DNA of 64,000 nucleotides, from assembly GCA_963716255.1 (NCBI GenBank), contig OY970303.1, positions 2,272,001 to 2,336,000 on the forward strand. The letters run 5' to 3'. The first letter of the stretch is position 1, and each line of letters begins with the position of its first letter. The position numbers and the translations under genes are program-made. This document shows positions 50,401 through 61,800 of the stretch, piece by piece. The stretch is from an uncultured Gemmatimonadales bacterium (GTDB lineage Bacteria > Gemmatimonadota > Gemmatimonadetes > Longimicrobiales > Longimicrobiaceae). The notes beneath the pieces are model-generated. The model had not been told where the DNA came from, did no database searches, and saw nothing but the letters and a program-made list of their open reading frames with translations.

Positions 50401-53400
50401 CTCGCGAAGCGAGGCGTCGAAGCTGTAGGGCGTCTTCTGCAGCACCACGTCGTCGCCCCGCAGCGGCCACGCTTCCTGCATCCACCAGAGCGCGTTGACG
50501 ATGCTGCGGTGCTCCACCAGCACCCCCTTGGGATGCCCGGTCGAGCCCGACGTGTAGATGACGTACGCCAGGTGGGCCGGCGTCAGCCCCGCGCGCGGCG
50601 GGTTGCTGGACGGGCGATCGGCCCAGGCCCCGGCGTCACCGTCCAGCGACACCACCGGCACGGGCAGCCCGCCGAAGCGCCCGGCCGGGGCCCCGCGCGT
50701 CAGCAGCACCGCCGGCTCGCTGTCGACCAGCATGTAGCGCAGGCGCTCCGGCGGGTACTCGGGGTCCAGCGCCACGTAGGCGCCGCCGGCCTTGAGCACG
50801 CCCAGCAGCCCGATCATCAGCTCCAGGCTGCGCTCCACGCACAGCCCCACGCGAACCTCGGGACCCACGCCCAGCGCGCGCAGATGGTGGGCAAGGCGGT
50901 TGGCGCGCGCGTTCAGATCCGCGTAGCTCAGCGCCTCCCCCTCGAACACCAGCGCCACGGCATCCGGCGTGCGCTCGACCTGCGCCTCGAACAGCTCGTG
51001 CAGGCACGCCCCGCGAGGGAACTCGGCCTCCGTCGCGTTCCACTCCTCCAACACACGCCGCCGCTCCCCCTCCGGGAGCACGTCCAGGCGGCCCACCGGG
51101 CGCTCCGGCGCCCGCTCCAGCGCCTCCACGAGTCCGGCCAGCGCACGGTGCACCATCGCGCACACCCGCTCCGGACCCACCGACGCCGGCACCTGCGCCT
51201 TGAGCCCGAACCCCCTCCCCAGGTCGTCCACCAGAAGCGTCACCGGGTAGTTCGTCCAGTTTCCGCGGATGCCCTCCCACACCTCCGCGGTGCGGGACGT
51301 GACTCCTGCGCTGTGGCGGTAGTTCAGCAGGGCCGTGAAGAGCGGCGCCGGGGCCTCGACCCTGCTGCACCGCTGCGCCAGCGCCAGCGACGCGTGCTCG
51401 TGCCGCAGCAGCTCCGTGAGCTGCCGGTGCGTCCCCCGCACGCTCGCTCCGACGCCCTCCACCGCCACGCGCACACGGACCGGCAGCGTGTTGATGTGGG
51501 GTCCCAGAACCCGGTCCGAGCCCTCTGCGCCCTGCATCCGGCCGAACAGCACCGTCCCGAACACCACGTCGTCACGCCCCGACACGAGCGCCAACACCTG
51601 CGCGATCGCGACGTGCCACAGGCTCGCCGCGCTCACCCCCAGCTCGCGAGCACGCGCTCGCAGCCCGGCAGCCAGCGGTTCGTCCAGCATCAGCGCCGCT
51701 TCCGCGATCCCGGACCCGTCGCCCCACACGTCCAGCAGGCCGAAAGGCGCCGTGGGCTCCTCCACGTCGCCCAGGAGCTCCCGGAAGAAGACCTCGTGCT
51801 CGGCGCGGCTCACCCCCAGGCGCGCCTGCGCCACGTAGTTGCGGAAGGGCAGCGGAGCCGGGAGCGCGTCCGCGCGTCCGTGCAGGTGCGCCCGGACCTC
51901 GCCTTCCAGCACCTCCTTGGTGACGTGGTCGCCGATGAGGTGGTGCTGGTGGTACAGCAGCACCCAGCGGTCCCGGGCCTCGTCCCGCGCGGCGTACGCC
52001 CGCATCAGCGGTGCACGGCGCACGTCCATGCGGTGGTGGCCCGGGTCGAACCGACGGTAGAGCTGCGTCCCCGCGTCTCCGTCGGCCGGGTCCAGCACCA
52101 CTTCCTCCACCTCCACACGGGCCTCCCGCCACACCACCTGCACCGGCTCCCGCAATCCTTCCCAGATCACCGAGGTGCGCAGGATGTCGTGCCGATCGAT
52201 CACGGCCTGGAGAGCCACCAGGTACGCGTCCAGGCCCGCGCGCGTGTCGAAGCCGTACAGGGTGACCAGCTGGTAGAGATCCCCCTCCGTCTTCAGCAGG
52301 TGGTGAAATAGGATCCCCTCCTGCAAGGGCGCCAGCGGATAGATGTCCTGTACGTTCCGGGCGCCGCCCGCCACAGCCGCCACAATCCCCTCGATCTCCG
52401 CCGGGCTCAGCTCGACCAGCGGCAGCATCTCCACTGAGATGGCTTCGCACGGAGTCCGGATCCCGTTGGGAGGCACCTTCACCTCAAGCGAGTCCCTGCT
52501 TCCCAGGACGGCCGCTAGCCGGGCCAGTGTGGGAGCCGTAAACAGGGCATGGACGCCCGCGTGCAGTCCGCGCGCACGCATGCGCGCGACGAGCTTCACC
52601 GCCAGCAGGGAGTGGCCGCCCAGCTCGAAGAAGTGGTCGTGGCGGCCCACCCGCTCCACCCCCAGCACCTCCGCCCAGATCTGCGCCAGCACCCCCTCCG
52701 TCTCCCCCACGGGCGCCTCGTAGCCCCGCCGCGCGTACGCATCCCCCTCCGGCGCCGGCAGCCCCCGGCGGTCCACCTTCCCGTTCGGCGTCCGCGGAAG
52801 CGCCGCCAGGCGCACGTACGCCCCCGGGACCATGTACTCCGCCACGCGATCCCCAAGGTGCCCCCGCAGCGCCTCCACACCCGCATCCCCCACGTAGTAC
52901 GCCACCAGACGCTTCTCCCCGGCCCCCTCCTCCCGCGCCACCACCACCGCCTCCTCCACTCCCCCGTGCTCCCCCAGCCGTGCCTCGATCTCGCTCAGCT
53001 CGATCCGGAAACCCCGCACCTTCACCTGGAAGTCGTTCCGACCCACGAACTCCACCTCTCCCTCCCCACGCCACCTCACCAGGTCCCCCGTCCGGTACAG
53101 ACGCCCCCCCGCAGCCCCCCCCAACCCGTCCGGAACGAACTTCTCCGCCGTCAGCCCCGCTCGACCCCAGTAGCCCAGCGCCACCCCAGCGCCCCCCACG
53201 TACAGCTCCCCCACCACCCCCACCGGAACCGGCGCCCCCGATCCGTCCAGCACGTACGCTCGCGTGTTCCCCTTCGGCCGCCCGATCGGGATCCCCCGTC
53301 CCCCCTCCACCGCCTCCCCCACCTCCACCCCGTGCGCCAGCGAGAACGTGGTCGTCTCCGTCGGCCCGTAGCAGTTGTAGATCCGCACACGGCCCCCCTC

Positions 53401-56400
53401 ACCCAGCACCCGCGCGTACGCCGCAGGGGCCGCGCGGTCCCCCCCCGTGAGCACGTAGCGCAGCCCCGACAGCGCCCCCGGGATCACCTGCGCGTAGTGG
53501 TTGAACAGCACCGGCGTGATCAGCAGCGCCGTCACCCCCGCCGCCTCCAGCAGGCGACCGTACTCCGGCGCGTCCAGCAGCACCTCCTGCCCCACCACCA
53601 CGATGCGCCCGCCCCGAAGCAGCGGGCCCCACACCTCCAGCGTCGACGCGTCGAAGGCCGGGTTCGACGCCAGCGCCACCCGGTCCTCCGCATCCAGGTC
53701 CGCGTAGCCGTTGCTCAGCACCAGCTGCGTGATCGCCCGGTGCGGCACCATCACTCCCTTGGGCTCCCCCGTCGAGCCGGAGGTGTACATCACGTACGCC
53801 AACGCCTCCCCGCCCAGCCCACCCGCCGCGTCCAGCTCACCCGCCACGCCCGCCGCCCCGGCTCCGGAAAGCGTGTCCACGTCCACCCGATCCACACCCG
53901 GAAGCGGCGCAAGCGGCTCGCCCGAGCGGCTCAGCAGGAGGCGCGCGCCGCTGTCGGCGACCATGAAGGCGGTGCGCTCGGCCGGGTACGACGCGTCCAG
54001 CGGGACGTACGCCGCACCCGTCCTGAGCACCGCCAGCTCGGCCACCACCAGCTCGACCGAGCGCGGGAGCAGGAGGGCCACCCGGCTCCCGGCGCGCACC
54101 CCGCGCCGCCTGAGGTGCTGCGCCACCCCGTGGGCCCACGCGTCCAGCTCGGCGTACGTCAGCGTCCGCTCTCCCTGCACCACCGCAACGGCGCCGGGCG
54201 TGCGCCCGGCCTGCGCCGCGAACAGCTCGTGCACCCCCACCTCGCCCGGGTACGCCGACGCCGTCCGGTTCCACGCCTCCAGCAGCTGCCGGCGCTCCTC
54301 CTCCGCCAGCACCTCCAGCCGGTCCACCGGGCGATCGGCGTCGGCGGCCATCCCCTCCAGCACCCGCCGCAGGTACCCCGCGTACCGCTCCACCGTCTCC
54401 GGCTCGAACAGCGCCGTCGCGTACTCCATCCCCCCCACGATCCGCCCCTCCGCCTCCTGCAGCGACAGCGAAAGGTCGAACTTCGACGTCGCCTGGGGGG
54501 ACCGCTCAAGGAACGCGGGAGCCAGTCCCGGCAGCTCCAGCCGCCTCCGCCGCAGGTTCTCCCACGCGAACATCACCTGGAAGACGGGGTTGTGCGCCAG
54601 GCTGCGCGCCGGCTGCACCAGCTCCACCACCTGCTCGAAGGGAATGTCCTGGTGATCCTGGGCCTCGAGCGCGCGCGCCCGGACACGCGCCAGCAGCTCC
54701 GCCACCGTCGGCGCTCCCGACAGCTCCACGCGGATCGCGAGCGTGTTCACGAAGTAGCCGATCAGCCCCTCGATCTCGCGTCGCCCACGGTTGGCCGTAG
54801 GCGAGCCTACCACCACGTCCGTCTGGCCCGACAGCCGGCCCAGCATCACCGCCCACCCGGCCAGCAGCGTCATGTAGAGCGTCGTCCCGTGCCGGTGACT
54901 GAGCGCCTCCAGGCTCCCGGTCAGCTCTTCGTCCAGAACCACGGGGACCGACGCACCCGCGAACTGCTGCCGCGCCGGACGCGCGTGGTCAAGCGGGAGC
55001 TCGAGCAGTTCCGGAACACCCGCGAGCGCGCTCCTCCAGTACGCTGCCTGCTCCTGCCGGAGCTCTCCCTCCGCCCAGCGCCGCTGCCACTCCACGTGGT
55101 CGGCGTACTGCACCGGGAGAGGGGGGAGTGGATCACCCCCGCCGCACCCGCCGGAGGCGTACAGTGCCCCCAGCTCGCCGGCCAGCACCTCCATCGACCA
55201 CCCGTCCGAGACGATGTGGTGCACCGTCACCAGCAGCACGTGGTCCTCTGTCGCCAGCCGGACCAGGCGCCCGCGGACCAGCGGACCGTGCTCCAGGTCG
55301 AAAGGCGCGCGCGCCTCCTCGCCCACGATGCGACGCAGCTCCGCCTCCGCGTCCGGCCTGCCGCTCAGGTCCTGCTCCGCCAGTGGGAAGGAGCTCTCCG
55401 CCGCCGGGGCGATCCGCTGCCGCGGCTCGCCGTCCACCGCCACGAACGTGGTGCGCAGCGCCTCGTGGCGCGCCACGATCCGGTCCAGCGCACGGCCCAG
55501 CTCCGCGCCGTCCAGCGCACCCCTCAGGCGGACCTGTCTGGGGACGTTGTACGCGCCCCCTGCCCCCATCTGCTCCAGGAACCACAACCGCTGCTGGGCG
55601 GAAGAGAGCGGGAGCGGCCGATCGCGCGGGACGACTGCGAGGTCGGGGAGGCCGGTCGGCCCGGGCGCGCGCGTGGCGTCTACCCGGGCCGAGAGTCCGG
55701 CCACCGTGGGCACCTCGAAGATGTCGCGGAGGGAGAGCTCCGCCCCGAGCGCTTCGCGAAGGCGGGTCAGGATCTGCATCGCGAGGAGCGAGTGCCCCCC
55801 GAGACTGAAGAAGTCGTCGTGCACTCCCACTTCGGGGAGCCCGAGCAGCTCTTTCCATGTCTCCGCCACCGCCCGCTCCGTAGCGGTCGAGGGAGCGGCA
55901 CGGGGAGTGGACGGCGGGGCGCCGCAAGGCTCATCCCCGTCCTCTACGCTCCGCTCCACCGGCACCCCGGACGCGCGGAGACGGCCCAGCGTCTCCTGGA
56001 AATACGCCACGTCCGACCGTCGGGTGTACGCGTGCCGGAGGGAAGCCAGGACCGATGCCTCCGGCGCCCCCGCGTGGAGCGCGAAGGTGCCCAGCGTCCG
56101 CCCCGGTCCCACTTCGAGGAAGATGCGGCCGGGTGTCCGCAGCGCCTCGGCGAGCCCGTCGGCGAAGCGCACCACCCGTGTGAGGTGGGTTGCCCAGTAC
56201 CCGGGATCCGCGGCCTGCTCCGCGGTGATCCACGTCCCGGTGACGTTCGAGAGGAATGGGATGGAGGGAGCCCGCAGCCTCGTCCCGCGGACCAGCTCCG
56301 CCAGCGGCACGGAGACCGGCTCCATCGCCGCGGAGTGGAACGCATGCGAGGCGCGCAGGCGCCGCGCGCTCACTCCACGCCCGGCCAGCTCTTCCTCCAG

Positions 56401-57129
56401 CGCCGCGACCGCTCCGGGAGATCCGGAGACGGTGCAGAGCCCCGGGGCGTTGACCGCCGCGAGTGCTGCGCCGTCGCGGAGGAGCGGCAGGAGCTCGTCC
56501 GGCCCCAGCGGGAGGGCGAGCATCGCTCCCGGCGGGAGAGCATCGATCATCCGGGCGCGAGCCGCGACCAGGGAGAGCGCGTCCTCCAGGGCGAAGACCC
56601 CCGCGACCGTCGCGGCCACGTACTCCCCCAGGGAGTGCCCGATCATACAGTCCGGAACGACGCCACGTGCCATCCAGGCCCGGGCGAGCGCGTACTCCAC
56701 CACGAACACTGCCGGGTGGGCCAGCTCGGTGCGGTGGAGCGCCGACGGCTCCTCCTGCGCTTCCCCCCCGTCCCGCCCGAGCATCCTGCGGAGGTCGGGC
56801 TCCCCGGAGCCGGCCTCGTCCACACCCGCCGTGCCGGCCGGATAGAGGGCGTCGCGCACGTCCACACCAAGGTGCGGGCGGAGGATCTCCGCGCACCGGT
56901 CCACCTCGGCACGGAACACCGGCTCGCTCTCATAGAGGCCGCGCGCCATTCCGGGGTACTGGTCGCCCACCCCGGGGAAGAGGAAGACGACGCTGGCCCC
57001 CCATCCCTCCACCGCTCCCACATCGGCTTTCCCCGCGGGCGCAGCGCGGTCCGGCCCAAAATCCACGGTTCCGTGAGGCGCAGGACGCTCTCGGCAACGT
57101 GAGCGGCTCATTCGATCGTCACTGCGCAT
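41500..57129 (-). CDS. NRPS-A hybrid: AT-ACP-C-A(aliphatic)-T-C(dual)-A(X)-T-C(dual)-A(Gly)+N-MT-T-C-A(aliphatic)-T
   Basis: N-terminal acyltransferase ([20 protein letters not shown]) with no KS, then GGHSL ACP and four NRPS modules. Manual codes are DALLLGCTFK (twice), DARHVGVVDK and DILQLGVIWK. MT motifs VLEIGCGTG and NSVVQY. The exact start codon is uncertain. Confidence 0.95.
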   Translation of the reverse strand: MRSDDRMSRSRCRERPAPHGTVDFGPDRAAPAGKADVGAVEGWGASVVFLFPGVGDQYPGMARGLYESEPVFRAEVDRCAEILRPHLGVDVRDALYPAGTAGVDEAGSGEPDLRRMLGRDGGEAQEEPSALHRTELAHPAVFVVEYALARAWMARGVVPDCMIGHSLGEYVAATVAGVFALEDALSLVAARARMIDALPPGAMLALPLGPDELLPLLRDGAALAAVNAPGLCTVSGSPGAVAALEEELAGRGVSARRLRASHAFHSAAMEPVSVPLAELVRGTRLRAPSIPFLSNVTGTWITAEQAADPGYWATHLTRVVRFADGLAEALRTPGRIFLEVGPGRTLGTFALHAGAPEASVLASLRHAYTRRSDVAYFQETLGRLRASGVPVERSVEDGDEPCGAPPSTPRAAPSTATERAVAETWKELLGLPEVGVHDDFFSLGGHSLLAMQILTRLREALGAELSLRDIFEVPTVAGLSARVDATRAPGPTGLPDLAVVPRDRPLPLSSAQQRLWFLEQMGAGGAYNVPRQVRLRGALDGAELGRALDRIVARHEALRTTFVAVDGEPRQRIAPAAESSFPLAEQDLSGRPDAEAELRRIVGEEARAPFDLEHGPLVRGRLVRLATEDHVLLVTVHHIVSDGWSMEVLAGELGALYASGGCGGGDPLPPLPVQYADHVEWQRRWAEGELRQEQAAYWRSALAGVPELLELPLDHARPARQQFAGASVPVVLDEELTGSLEALSHRHGTTLYMTLLAGWAVMLGRLSGQTDVVVGSPTANRGRREIEGLIGYFVNTLAIRVELSGAPTVAELLARVRARALEAQDHQDIPFEQVVELVQPARSLAHNPVFQVMFAWENLRRRRLELPGLAPAFLERSPQATSKFDLSLSLQEAEGRIVGGMEYATALFEPETVERYAGYLRRVLEGMAADADRPVDRLEVLAEEERRQLLEAWNRTASAYPGEVGVHELFAAQAGRTPGAVAVVQGERTLTYAELDAWAHGVAQHLRRRGVRAGSRVALLLPRSVELVVAELAVLRTGAAYVPLDASYPAERTAFMVADSGARLLLSRSGEPLAPLPGVDRVDVDTLSGAGAAGVAGELDAAGGLGGEALAYVMYTSGSTGEPKGVMVPHRAITQLVLSNGYADLDAEDRVALASNPAFDASTLEVWGPLLRGGRIVVVGQEVLLDAPEYGRLLEAAGVTALLITPVLFNHYAQVIPGALSGLRYVLTGGDRAAPAAYARVLGEGGRVRIYNCYGPTETTTFSLAHGVEVGEAVEGGRGIPIGRPKGNTRAYVLDGSGAPVPVGVVGELYVGGAGVALGYWGRAGLTAEKFVPDGLGGAAGGRLYRTGDLVRWRGEGEVEFVGRNDFQVKVRGFRIELSEIEARLGEHGGVEEAVVVAREEGAGEKRLVAYYVGDAGVEALRGHLGDRVAEYMVPGAYVRLAALPRTPNGKVDRRGLPAPEGDAYARRGYEAPVGETEGVLAQIWAEVLGVERVGRHDHFFELGGHSLLAVKLVARMRARGLHAGVHALFTAPTLARLAAVLGSRDSLEVKVPPNGIRTPCEAISVEMLPLVELSPAEIEGIVAAVAGGARNVQDIYPLAPLQEGILFHHLLKTEGDLYQLVTLYGFDTRAGLDAYLVALQAVIDRHDILRTSVIWEGLREPVQVVWREARVEVEEVVLDPADGDAGTQLYRRFDPGHHRMDVRRAPLMRAYAARDEARDRWVLLYHQHHLIGDHVTKEVLEGEVRAHLHGRADALPAPLPFRNYVAQARLGVSRAEHEVFFRELLGDVEEPTAPFGLLDVWGDGSGIAEAALMLDEPLAAGLRARARELGVSAASLWHVAIAQVLALVSGRDDVVFGTVLFGRMQGAEGSDRVLGPHINTLPVRVRVAVEGVGASVRGTHRQLTELLRHEHASLALAQRCSRVEAPAPLFTALLNYRHSAGVTSRTAEVWEGIRGNWTNYPVTLLVDDLGRGFGLKAQVPASVGPERVCAMVHRALAGLVEALERAPERPVGRLDVLPEGERRRVLEEWNATEAEFPRGACLHELFEAQVERTPDAVALVFEGEALSYADLNARANRLAHHLRALGVGPEVRVGLCVERSLELMIGLLGVLKAGGAYVALDPEYPPERLRYMLVDSEPAVLLTRGAPAGRFGGLPVPVVSLDGDAGAWADRPSSNPPRAGLTPAHLAYVIYTSGSTGHPKGVLVEHRSIVNALWWMQEAWPLRGDDVVLQKTPYSFDASLRELVPPLLAGARLVVARPGGHRDPSYLLETIRREGVTTLHFVPTMLRVLVQEGDLGRCTTLRRVVCGGEALPRELARRFQAQVPGARLYNVYGPTEAAVDVTAWSCAGEAGAGEGTIPIGRPMANTRLYVLDRGGEPVPAGVVGELYIGGVQVARGYRNRAEHTAERFVPDGFGGEGGGRLYRTGDLGRWVGEGAIEFVGRGDAQVKVRGFRIELGEIESRLGEHRGIREAVVVAREEAGGERRLVAYCVGGEVPEAEVLRAFLSERLPEHMVPAAYVRLEALPRTPSGKVDRRALPAPEGDAYARGGYEAPEGEVEQALAEIWAEVLKVERVGRWDNFTELGGHSLKAVMLIGRMRRRGLHAEISALFTTPTLADLAAAVGRKSFEVAVPPNRIPTPCETITPEMLPLVELSQAEIDRIVAGVPGGARNVQDVYPLAPLQEGILFHHILATEGDPYLLAGLYSFDTRWRVDAYVDALQAVVDRHDVLRTAVVWEGLREPVQVVWREARLQVDELEVDAAGGDAAKQLWARFDPSHHRMDVVRAPLMRVYVARDAARSRWLLLLLRHHLMSDHTAQEVLEKEVQAHLLGRAHELPAPLPFRNYVAQARLGVSRAEHEAYFRKLVGDVEEPTAPFGLLDVWGDGSGVAEARLAVDGKLAARLRERARKLGASAASACHVAWAQVLARVSGRDDVVFGTVLFGRMQGGEGSDRVLGPFINTLPVRVRVGPEGVEASVRGTHRQLAELMRHEHASLTLAQRCSGVAAPAPLFSALLNYRHSGGGGEAGTAEPGRTLEGSQLIHGVGRTNYPVRLSVDDLGEGLSLTAFAPVSVGPGRVCAMMHRALESLVEALEEAPARPLASLEVLPSAERARVVEEWNRTDAAYPAGACVHELFEAEAARTPAAVALVHGDGTLTYGELNARANRLAHHLRERGVGPDVRVGLCAERGLEMMVGLLGVLKAGGAYVPLDPHYPEDRLRFVLRHSAPAVLLTQGPTAGRLAGLHVPVVDLDADAPAWADQPETDPPRAGLTPDHLAYVIYTSGSTGEPKGVMNLHGGVVNLLWSMRTTLRMEATDRLLAVTTVAFDISVLELFLPLLSGARVEILDRAVGSDPALLQRAISACGGTVMQATPATWRLLIESGWQGEEGLRALCGGEALPAELAARLGERVAELWNVYGPTETTIWSSVHPVGTASPAGRGHVPLGAPLANTRIYVLDASGEPVPACVVGELYIGGTGVARGYLDRPELTAERFVADPFGSAPGGRLYRTGDLGRWLPDGTLEFVGRNDTQVKVRGYRIELGEIEAKLAEHAAVREAVVLAREDSAGDRRLVAYVVPDWDRVDEAATGGEAAGEGWEAEHQTDWMTAWDYAYGRAYAAADPTFDISGWNSSYTGEPVPPEEMREWVDATVARIGTLSPRRVLEIGCGTGLLLSRVAPGCARYVGTDFSARALRGIDGLRREQPELQHVELLERTADDFGGFERGSFDTVVINSVVQYLPGLEYLMRVLEGAARVVEPGGHVFVGDVRDLRLLGAFRTAVETYASPATRPVAEWRDRAEQAQAQEAELVIDPGFFWSLGQQVESIGRVETLQKRGRFRNELTEFRYDVVLHVGQADESPAEGTWLSWEAGRLTLESLESWLEETSDDVVVVQGIPNSRVSGALKQLEIRRSGQGVDTVGEVRRRAVAEGVDPDALWRLGEALGWTVEVKLAESNDAGRMDALFTKVAAPAGRRAFPTRTRWEHRELAAYATDPLRGRRTGVLVPRLREHLHERLPEYMVPASYVAMERLPLTPNGKVDRKALPAPEGDAYARRAYEAPASETELALAEIWSEVLGVEGVGRWDSFFELGGHSLLAVQVISRVRQVMGAEAALGDMFERPGLAEFARGLETAARAELPPIEPVDRSGRLALSYAQQRLWFLEQLGHMGSTYHVRRRLRLRGALDRAALVRALDRIVARHEALRTTFVVVDGEPEQRIAPVEESAFHLLEHDLGASPGAEAELQHLAAAEARAPFDLEGGPVIRGRLIRLAEDDHVLLVTMHHVVSDAWSMGLLDGELSVLYGAYRGGEEDPLPSLPVQYADYAAWQRRWVDGAVLDAQAAYWSRVLRGVPELLELPTDHARPARQDHAGATVGVELGEELTAALRALGRRHGVTLFMTLLAGWATVLSRLSGQTDVVIGAPTANRGRGEIERLIGFFVNTLALRVELTGAPAVAELLGRVKARVLEAQQNQDIPFEQVVELVQPARSLAHSPVFQVMFAWQNTRRDRLELPGLEVGPVQETRQATSKFDLSLSLQEAEGRIVGGVEYATALFEPETVERYAGYLRRVLEGMAADADRPVDRLEVLAEEERRQLLEAWNRTASAYPGEVGVHELFAAQAGRTPGAVAVVQGERTLTYAELDAWAHGLAQHLRRRGVRAGSRVALLLPRSVELVVAELAVLRAGAAYVPLDASYPAERTAFMIADSGARLLLSRSGEPLAPLPGVDRVDVDTLSGAGAAGVAGELDAAGGLGGEALAYVMYTSGSTGEPKGVMVPHRAITQLVLSNGYADLDSEDRVALASNPAFDASTLEVWGPLLRGGRIVVVGQEVLLDAPEYGRLLEAAGVTALLITPVLFNHYAQVIPGALSGLRYVLTGGDRAAPAAYARVLGEGGRVRIYNCYGPTETTTFSLAHAVEVGEAVEGGRGIPIGRPKGNTRAYVLDGSGAPVPVGVVGELYVGGAGVALGYWGRAGLTAEKFVPDGLGGAAGGRLYRTGDLVRWRGEGEVEFVGRNDFQVKVRGFRIELSEIEARLGEHEGVEEAVVVAREEGAGEKRLVAYYVGDAGVEALRGHLGDRVAEYMVPGAYVRLAALPRTPNGKVDRRGLPAPEGDAYARRGYEAPVGETEGVLAQIWAEVLGVERVGRHDHFFELGGHSLLVVKLVPRIKQHLDADVALSDVFEKPVLSALAQHVLDVQLDQFDTLEIAHLTALVRGASVG
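41669..43575. repeat. Repeat family 2, copy a: near-identical C(end)-A-T block (~1.9 kb), matches 52589-54495
   Basis: Constant offset 10920 with near-identical sequence. Confidence 0.92.
49489..51189. repeat. Repeat family 1, copy c (A domain, ~1.7 kb), matches 35028-36728
   Basis: Constant offset 14461 with near-identical sequence. Confidence 0.92.
52589..54495. repeat. Repeat family 2, copy b
   Basis: Matches 41669-43575 (offset 10920) and 60656-62383 (offset 8064). Confidence 0.92.
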
Positions 57130-57387
57130 GAGGGGAGCGGTGTCCTTGGGTGGGAAAACGTCGTGAACAGCGGTGCCGTACTGTTTCGGCAGGGGCTTCC
57201 GGCCACCGGGCTCTCAAGCGTCGTACACGTAAGGGGAGGTGCGGACATTCCGCACCGCCGCTCATCCGGCTTCCAGCGGGTCGGGATACCCTCCGACTCT
57301 CCAGGGCCGCTTCGCCGCGTCGGAGGCACACCCGCACAGGAGCCCACCACCAGGATCGGGGCCCTCGTCGGGATCCCGGGAGGACGT

Positions 57388-57415
57388 CCGATACCGGAAA
57401 ACGCTCCGGTATCGG
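57388..57415. promoter_or_regulatory. Perfect 11-bp inverted repeat upstream of NRPS-A (possible operator or hairpin)
   Basis: CCGATACCGGA-aaacgc-TCCGGTATCGG in the ~490-bp non-coding gap between the IS and NRPS-A. Confidence 0.4.
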
Positions 57416-57620
57416 CACCGGGAACAGGGCAAACGCGATTTCCAGCAGAAGAATGTCCCCATCAGCCGCTTTACGGTCCCGTGAGGCAAAATAAAAGCGC
57501 CCGGTGATTGCCATTTCGCCCCAGATCTTCTCCCGGTGAACCGCTACAGTCCGCCCGATGGGCCAGGGATGTGCCCGGCTAACAGCACCAGAGCCGACTG
57601 CCAGGACGCAGGAAGCCCTA

Positions 57621-58813
57621 GTGGATCACCCCGGCTGAGGTGATGGGTATCGGGAGGAGAACTTCTCCCGAGCCTTGGCGGTTGTGAAACGCCACTGAAT
57701 CGTGGCCTTGCTGCCGTTGCGGTCGCGGCACCAGACGGCGGTTTCACGCTGCACGACTTCCATGCTGGGCAGGCGCCGGTCCAAGCATTGAGTGCCGAGC
57801 ACGGAGAACTCCACCTCGGCCATGTTCAACCAGCTTGCATGCTTGGGCGTGTGGTGCAACTCCAGGCGCTTTGCGATCCGGCTTGCTTCCTCGGGCGCGA
57901 ACGCCTGGTAGAGCGAGGCCGGCGTGTGCGTGTTCAGGTTGTCCAGCACCACGCGGACCTTCTCCGCCTCCGGAAAATGCACGTCCACCAGATCCCGCAT
58001 GCAGTGGGCGAAGTCGATCGCGGTGCGCCGCTGCGTGACCTTGACCTCTCGCCAGGCGGTGTCGGGGCTGAAGAAGAGGAAGAGGTTGCACGTGCCTTCG
58101 CGCCGGTACTCGTAGTCGAACCGCTCGGCCTGCCCCGGTCGCGCCGGCAGCGGCATGCGCACCTCGGACAGAAGTTGCAGAGGCATCTCGTCAAAGGCCA
58201 CACGCGGCCGCTTCGGGTCGTTCGGCTCTGCATACAGGTCGAGCACGTCCTCCATCCGCCAGACGAATTCGGCCGTGATCTCCGGGATCAGCCACTGCTG
58301 GCGCTGCCACGGCTTCGTCTTGCTTTTTTGAGCGTGCGGCGCACCGTCTCATCCGAGATCGAGTCCACCGCCCCCAGTTCCACCAGCCGGTCCGCGAGCA
58401 TCTGCATGCTCCAGCGGGCGCGCCCACCAGGCACGTCGCTGCAGGCCAGCGCCAGGAGCAGGGCCTCCGCTTTGCCTGTCAGCTTCGGCGGCATCGGCGG
58501 GCGGGGTTTCTCTGAGAGAGCCGCCTCCAGCCCTTCTTCCACGAAGCGCTTGCGGATGCGCTCCACCGTAGCGACCCCGACGCCCACGCCCGCGACGATC
58601 TGCTCGTCCGTGGCACCCTCGTCGGAGCGCAGCACCACCAGAGCGCGTTTGATCCGCCGCGCGCTTGCCTTCCCCTTGCGCGTGAGCACAAGCAGATCGC
58701 TGCGCTCCTGCTCCGTCAGCTTCACCTTGTACCGCTTCGTCATCCTTCGGCTCCTGTACAACTGCGTACCCAAAGCCGAAGGATACCCCATCAACTCACT
58801 CGTGGTGCCCCAC
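57621..58813 (-). mobile_element. IS630-family insertion sequence (~1.19 kb), apparently intact
   Basis: Imperfect terminal inverted repeats GTGGATCACCCCGGCTGAGGTGATGGG / GTGGGGCACCACGAGTGAGTTGATGGG, flanked by duplicated TA (57619-57620 and 58814-58815, CTAG context). Two-ORF transposase inside. Confidence 0.93.
57626..58743 (-). CDS. IS630 transposase (OrfA HTH 58288-58743 plus OrfB DDE, joined by a -1 frameshift)
   Basis: OrfA MTKRYKVKLTEQERSDL...RARWSMQMLADRLV...ISDETVRRTLKK. Slippery AAAAAAG at 58323-58329. The -1 frame continues SKTKPWQRQQWLIP...MEDVLDLY...DE...LDNLNTH...TPKHASWLNMAE. Confidence 0.92.
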
Positions 58814-58869
58814 TAGACTCCGGACGACCGGGGCGGGGACGGGTAGGATTCCATCACGACGCACCGAGG

Positions 58870-61800
58870 TCAGGGGCCCGGGACAACATCTGTCGTGAAA
58901 TGCGAGGCAAGATCTCGCACGTTGGGGCTGTTCAGCGCCGTCATGTGGTTTCCAGCCCCCACGAGGAAGGAAAGGGCGGGGGCCCAGCGCTTCCAACCCT
59001 GCACTGCCTTTACGGAGTGCGATTGGTTTGCGCCTGAATCATATCTTGAATCGCGCAGGAGTACAAGTCGTAGCGAGGCCGGGTAGATCTCGTCGGGCCA
59101 GTAAGTTGCGCGCAGACAGGAAGAAAAGGTCCGGAAAGGGCCCCGCAGCACCTCCGGGGCCGAGCGGCGGGGCAGGAGGCCCAGCCTTACCAGGCGCCCG
59201 TGGAGAAGTTCGAGCCTTCCGGCCTCGTCCAGGACGGCGATCTCTTCCGCTCCGATCTCCAGCGGGCGCTCCGCGGTCAGCTCGAAGACCTCGACCAGTT
59301 TGAGAAAGGCCTCTCCGCCATCGTATTCCGCGATATGGCCACCCTCCTCGTCCGGCACCTCACTGTCCAGGATGGTGAGCGAGCCCACTGTACGTCCGGC
59401 CCCGCGCAGGCGCAGGGCCATCTCGAACGCGACCCAGCCGCCGAAGGAGTGCCCCAGCAGGTGGACGGGGCCGGTGGGCTGTGCGTCGTGAAGGGCACGA
59501 AGGTAGTGCTCCGCGGCGGCCGCTACCGTCGAGTGTGGGACCATGTCACCATCCAGCCCTCGGGGCTGGAACGCGTGGATCGGCCGGGCAGGATCCAGGT
59601 ACCCGCCCAGCTCAGCGAAGCTGGCCACGCTCGCCCCTGCTCCGGGGACGCAAAACAGGGGAACGCCCCCGGCCTTTCCGAATCGCAGCGTCACCAGAGG
59701 CGAATACGCCTCCTCCGGCAGCGCCTCCCGGTGCTCGGCCGCAAGACCGACCTCACGCGACAGTGCTTCGCCGAGGGACCGGACGTTGCGCGCTTCCATC
59801 ATGGAAAGGTGTGTCCCCGGCACCGGCGACAGCCGGGTGGGCGCGTCGCCCGCCAGGGCCTGCCAGCCCCGCTGCAGGTCAGGGTCGGTGCTCTCCTGCG
59901 CGGGAAAGAGGTGGACGGGGAGCGGGAGCGGGTGCGGGAAATACTCCCGCAGCGCACGGCGGTTGGCCGACACGCGGTCCTGCATCTCCTGCGCCTGTGC
60001 CGCCGTGACATGATCGGGGAGCAACCCCTTCTCGCGGCACCTCCTGACGAACGTCTCCATGTCTGTCCCCGGGGCGGCGGCCTGCTCTCCGATCCGCGGG
60101 CCGGTGCTCCCTCCCGGTGCCTCAGCCATGCGCAGCACGCCGAGCAACAGGGCGTAGTCGCGCCCGGGATCCTCCGCTCTGCTTCTCGCGACGGCGGGAT
60201 GGTACGTGTCCATCATGCCGACGAACTCGACAGCCTGGTCCTGGCCGATGAGCTGTGAAGCCATCTCGTAGGCGAGGACCCCGCCGAAGGACCACCCGGC
60301 CAGCCGGTACGGGCCCACCGGCTGCACCTCGCGGAGCATTCGCACCAGCCGTGTCGCCATCCCTTCCACGGTGCGGAGGCGTGGCCCCGAGGCGGCTGTC
60401 GCCGGCAGGGCGAACACCGGGATCTCGGCATCGATGTGAGGCTGCAGCACCCACGCGTAGGCCACCGACCCTGCTCCCTCGTGGACCAGGAAGAGCGGGC
60501 TCTTCGAACCGGTCGGCCGGACGGGAATCGCACGGTCGTCCCGGACCCGGCCCCCGTCTCCCCGCATCAGGGTCGCGAGTGATTCGACTGTCGGATGGGA
60601 GAAGAGATCCGCCAGCGCCACGTCCCCACCCAGCCGCTGCCGGATCCTGGAGACCAGCTTCACCGCCAGCAGGGAGTGGCCGCCCAGCTCGAAGAAGTGG
60701 TCGTGGCGGCCCACCCGCTCCACCCCCAGCACCTCCGCCCAGATCTGCGCCAGCACCCCCTCCGTCTCCCCCACGGGCGCCTCGTAGCCCCGCCGCGCGT
60801 ACGCATCCCCCTCCGGCGCCGGCAGCCCCCGGCGGTCCACCTTCCCGTTCGGCGTCCGCGGAAGCGCCGCCAGGCGCACGTACGCCCCCGGGACCATGTA
60901 CTCCGCCACGCGATCCCCAAGGTGCCCCCGCAGCGCCTCCACACCCGCATCCCCCACGTAGTACGCCACCAGACGCTTCTCCCCGGCCCCCTCCTCCCGC
61001 GCCACCACCACCGCCTCCTCCACTCCCCCGTGCTCCCCCAGCCGTGCCTCGATCTCGCTCAGCTCGATCCGGAACCCTCGCACCTTCACCTGGAAGTCGT
61101 TCCGACCCACGAACTCCACCTCTCCCTCCCCACGCCACCTCACCAGGTCCCCCGTCCGGTACAGACGCCCCCCCGCAGCCCCCCCCAACCCGTCCGGAAC
61201 GAACTTCTCCGCCGTCAGCCCCGCTCGACCCCAGTAGCCCAGCGCCACCCCAGCGCCCCCCACGTACAGCTCCCCCACCACCCCCACCGGAACCGGCGCC
61301 CCCGACCCGTCCAGCACGTACGCTCGCGTGTTCCCCTTCGGCCGCCCGATCGGGATCCCCCGCCCCCCCTCCATCGCCTCCCCCACCTCCACCCCGTGCG
61401 CCAGCGAGAACGTGGTCGTCTCCGTCGGCCCGTAGCAGTTGTAGATCCGCACACGGCCCCCCTCACCCAGTACCCGCGCGTACGCCGCAGGGGCCGCGCG
61501 GTCCCCCCCCGTGAGCACGTAGCGCAGCCCCGACAGCGCCCCCGGGATCACCTGCGCGTAGTGGTTGAACAGCACCGGCGTGATCAGCAGCGCCGTCACC
61601 CCCGCTTCCTCCAGCAGGCGACCGTACTCCGGCGCGTCCAGCAGCACCTCCTGCCCCACCACCACGATGCGCCCGCCCCGAAGCAGCGGGCCCCACACCT
61701 CCAGCGTCGACGCGTCGAAGGCCGGGTTCGACGCCAGCGCCACCCGGTCCTCTGCATCCAGATCCGCGTAGCCGTTGCTCAGCACCAGCTGCGTGATCGC

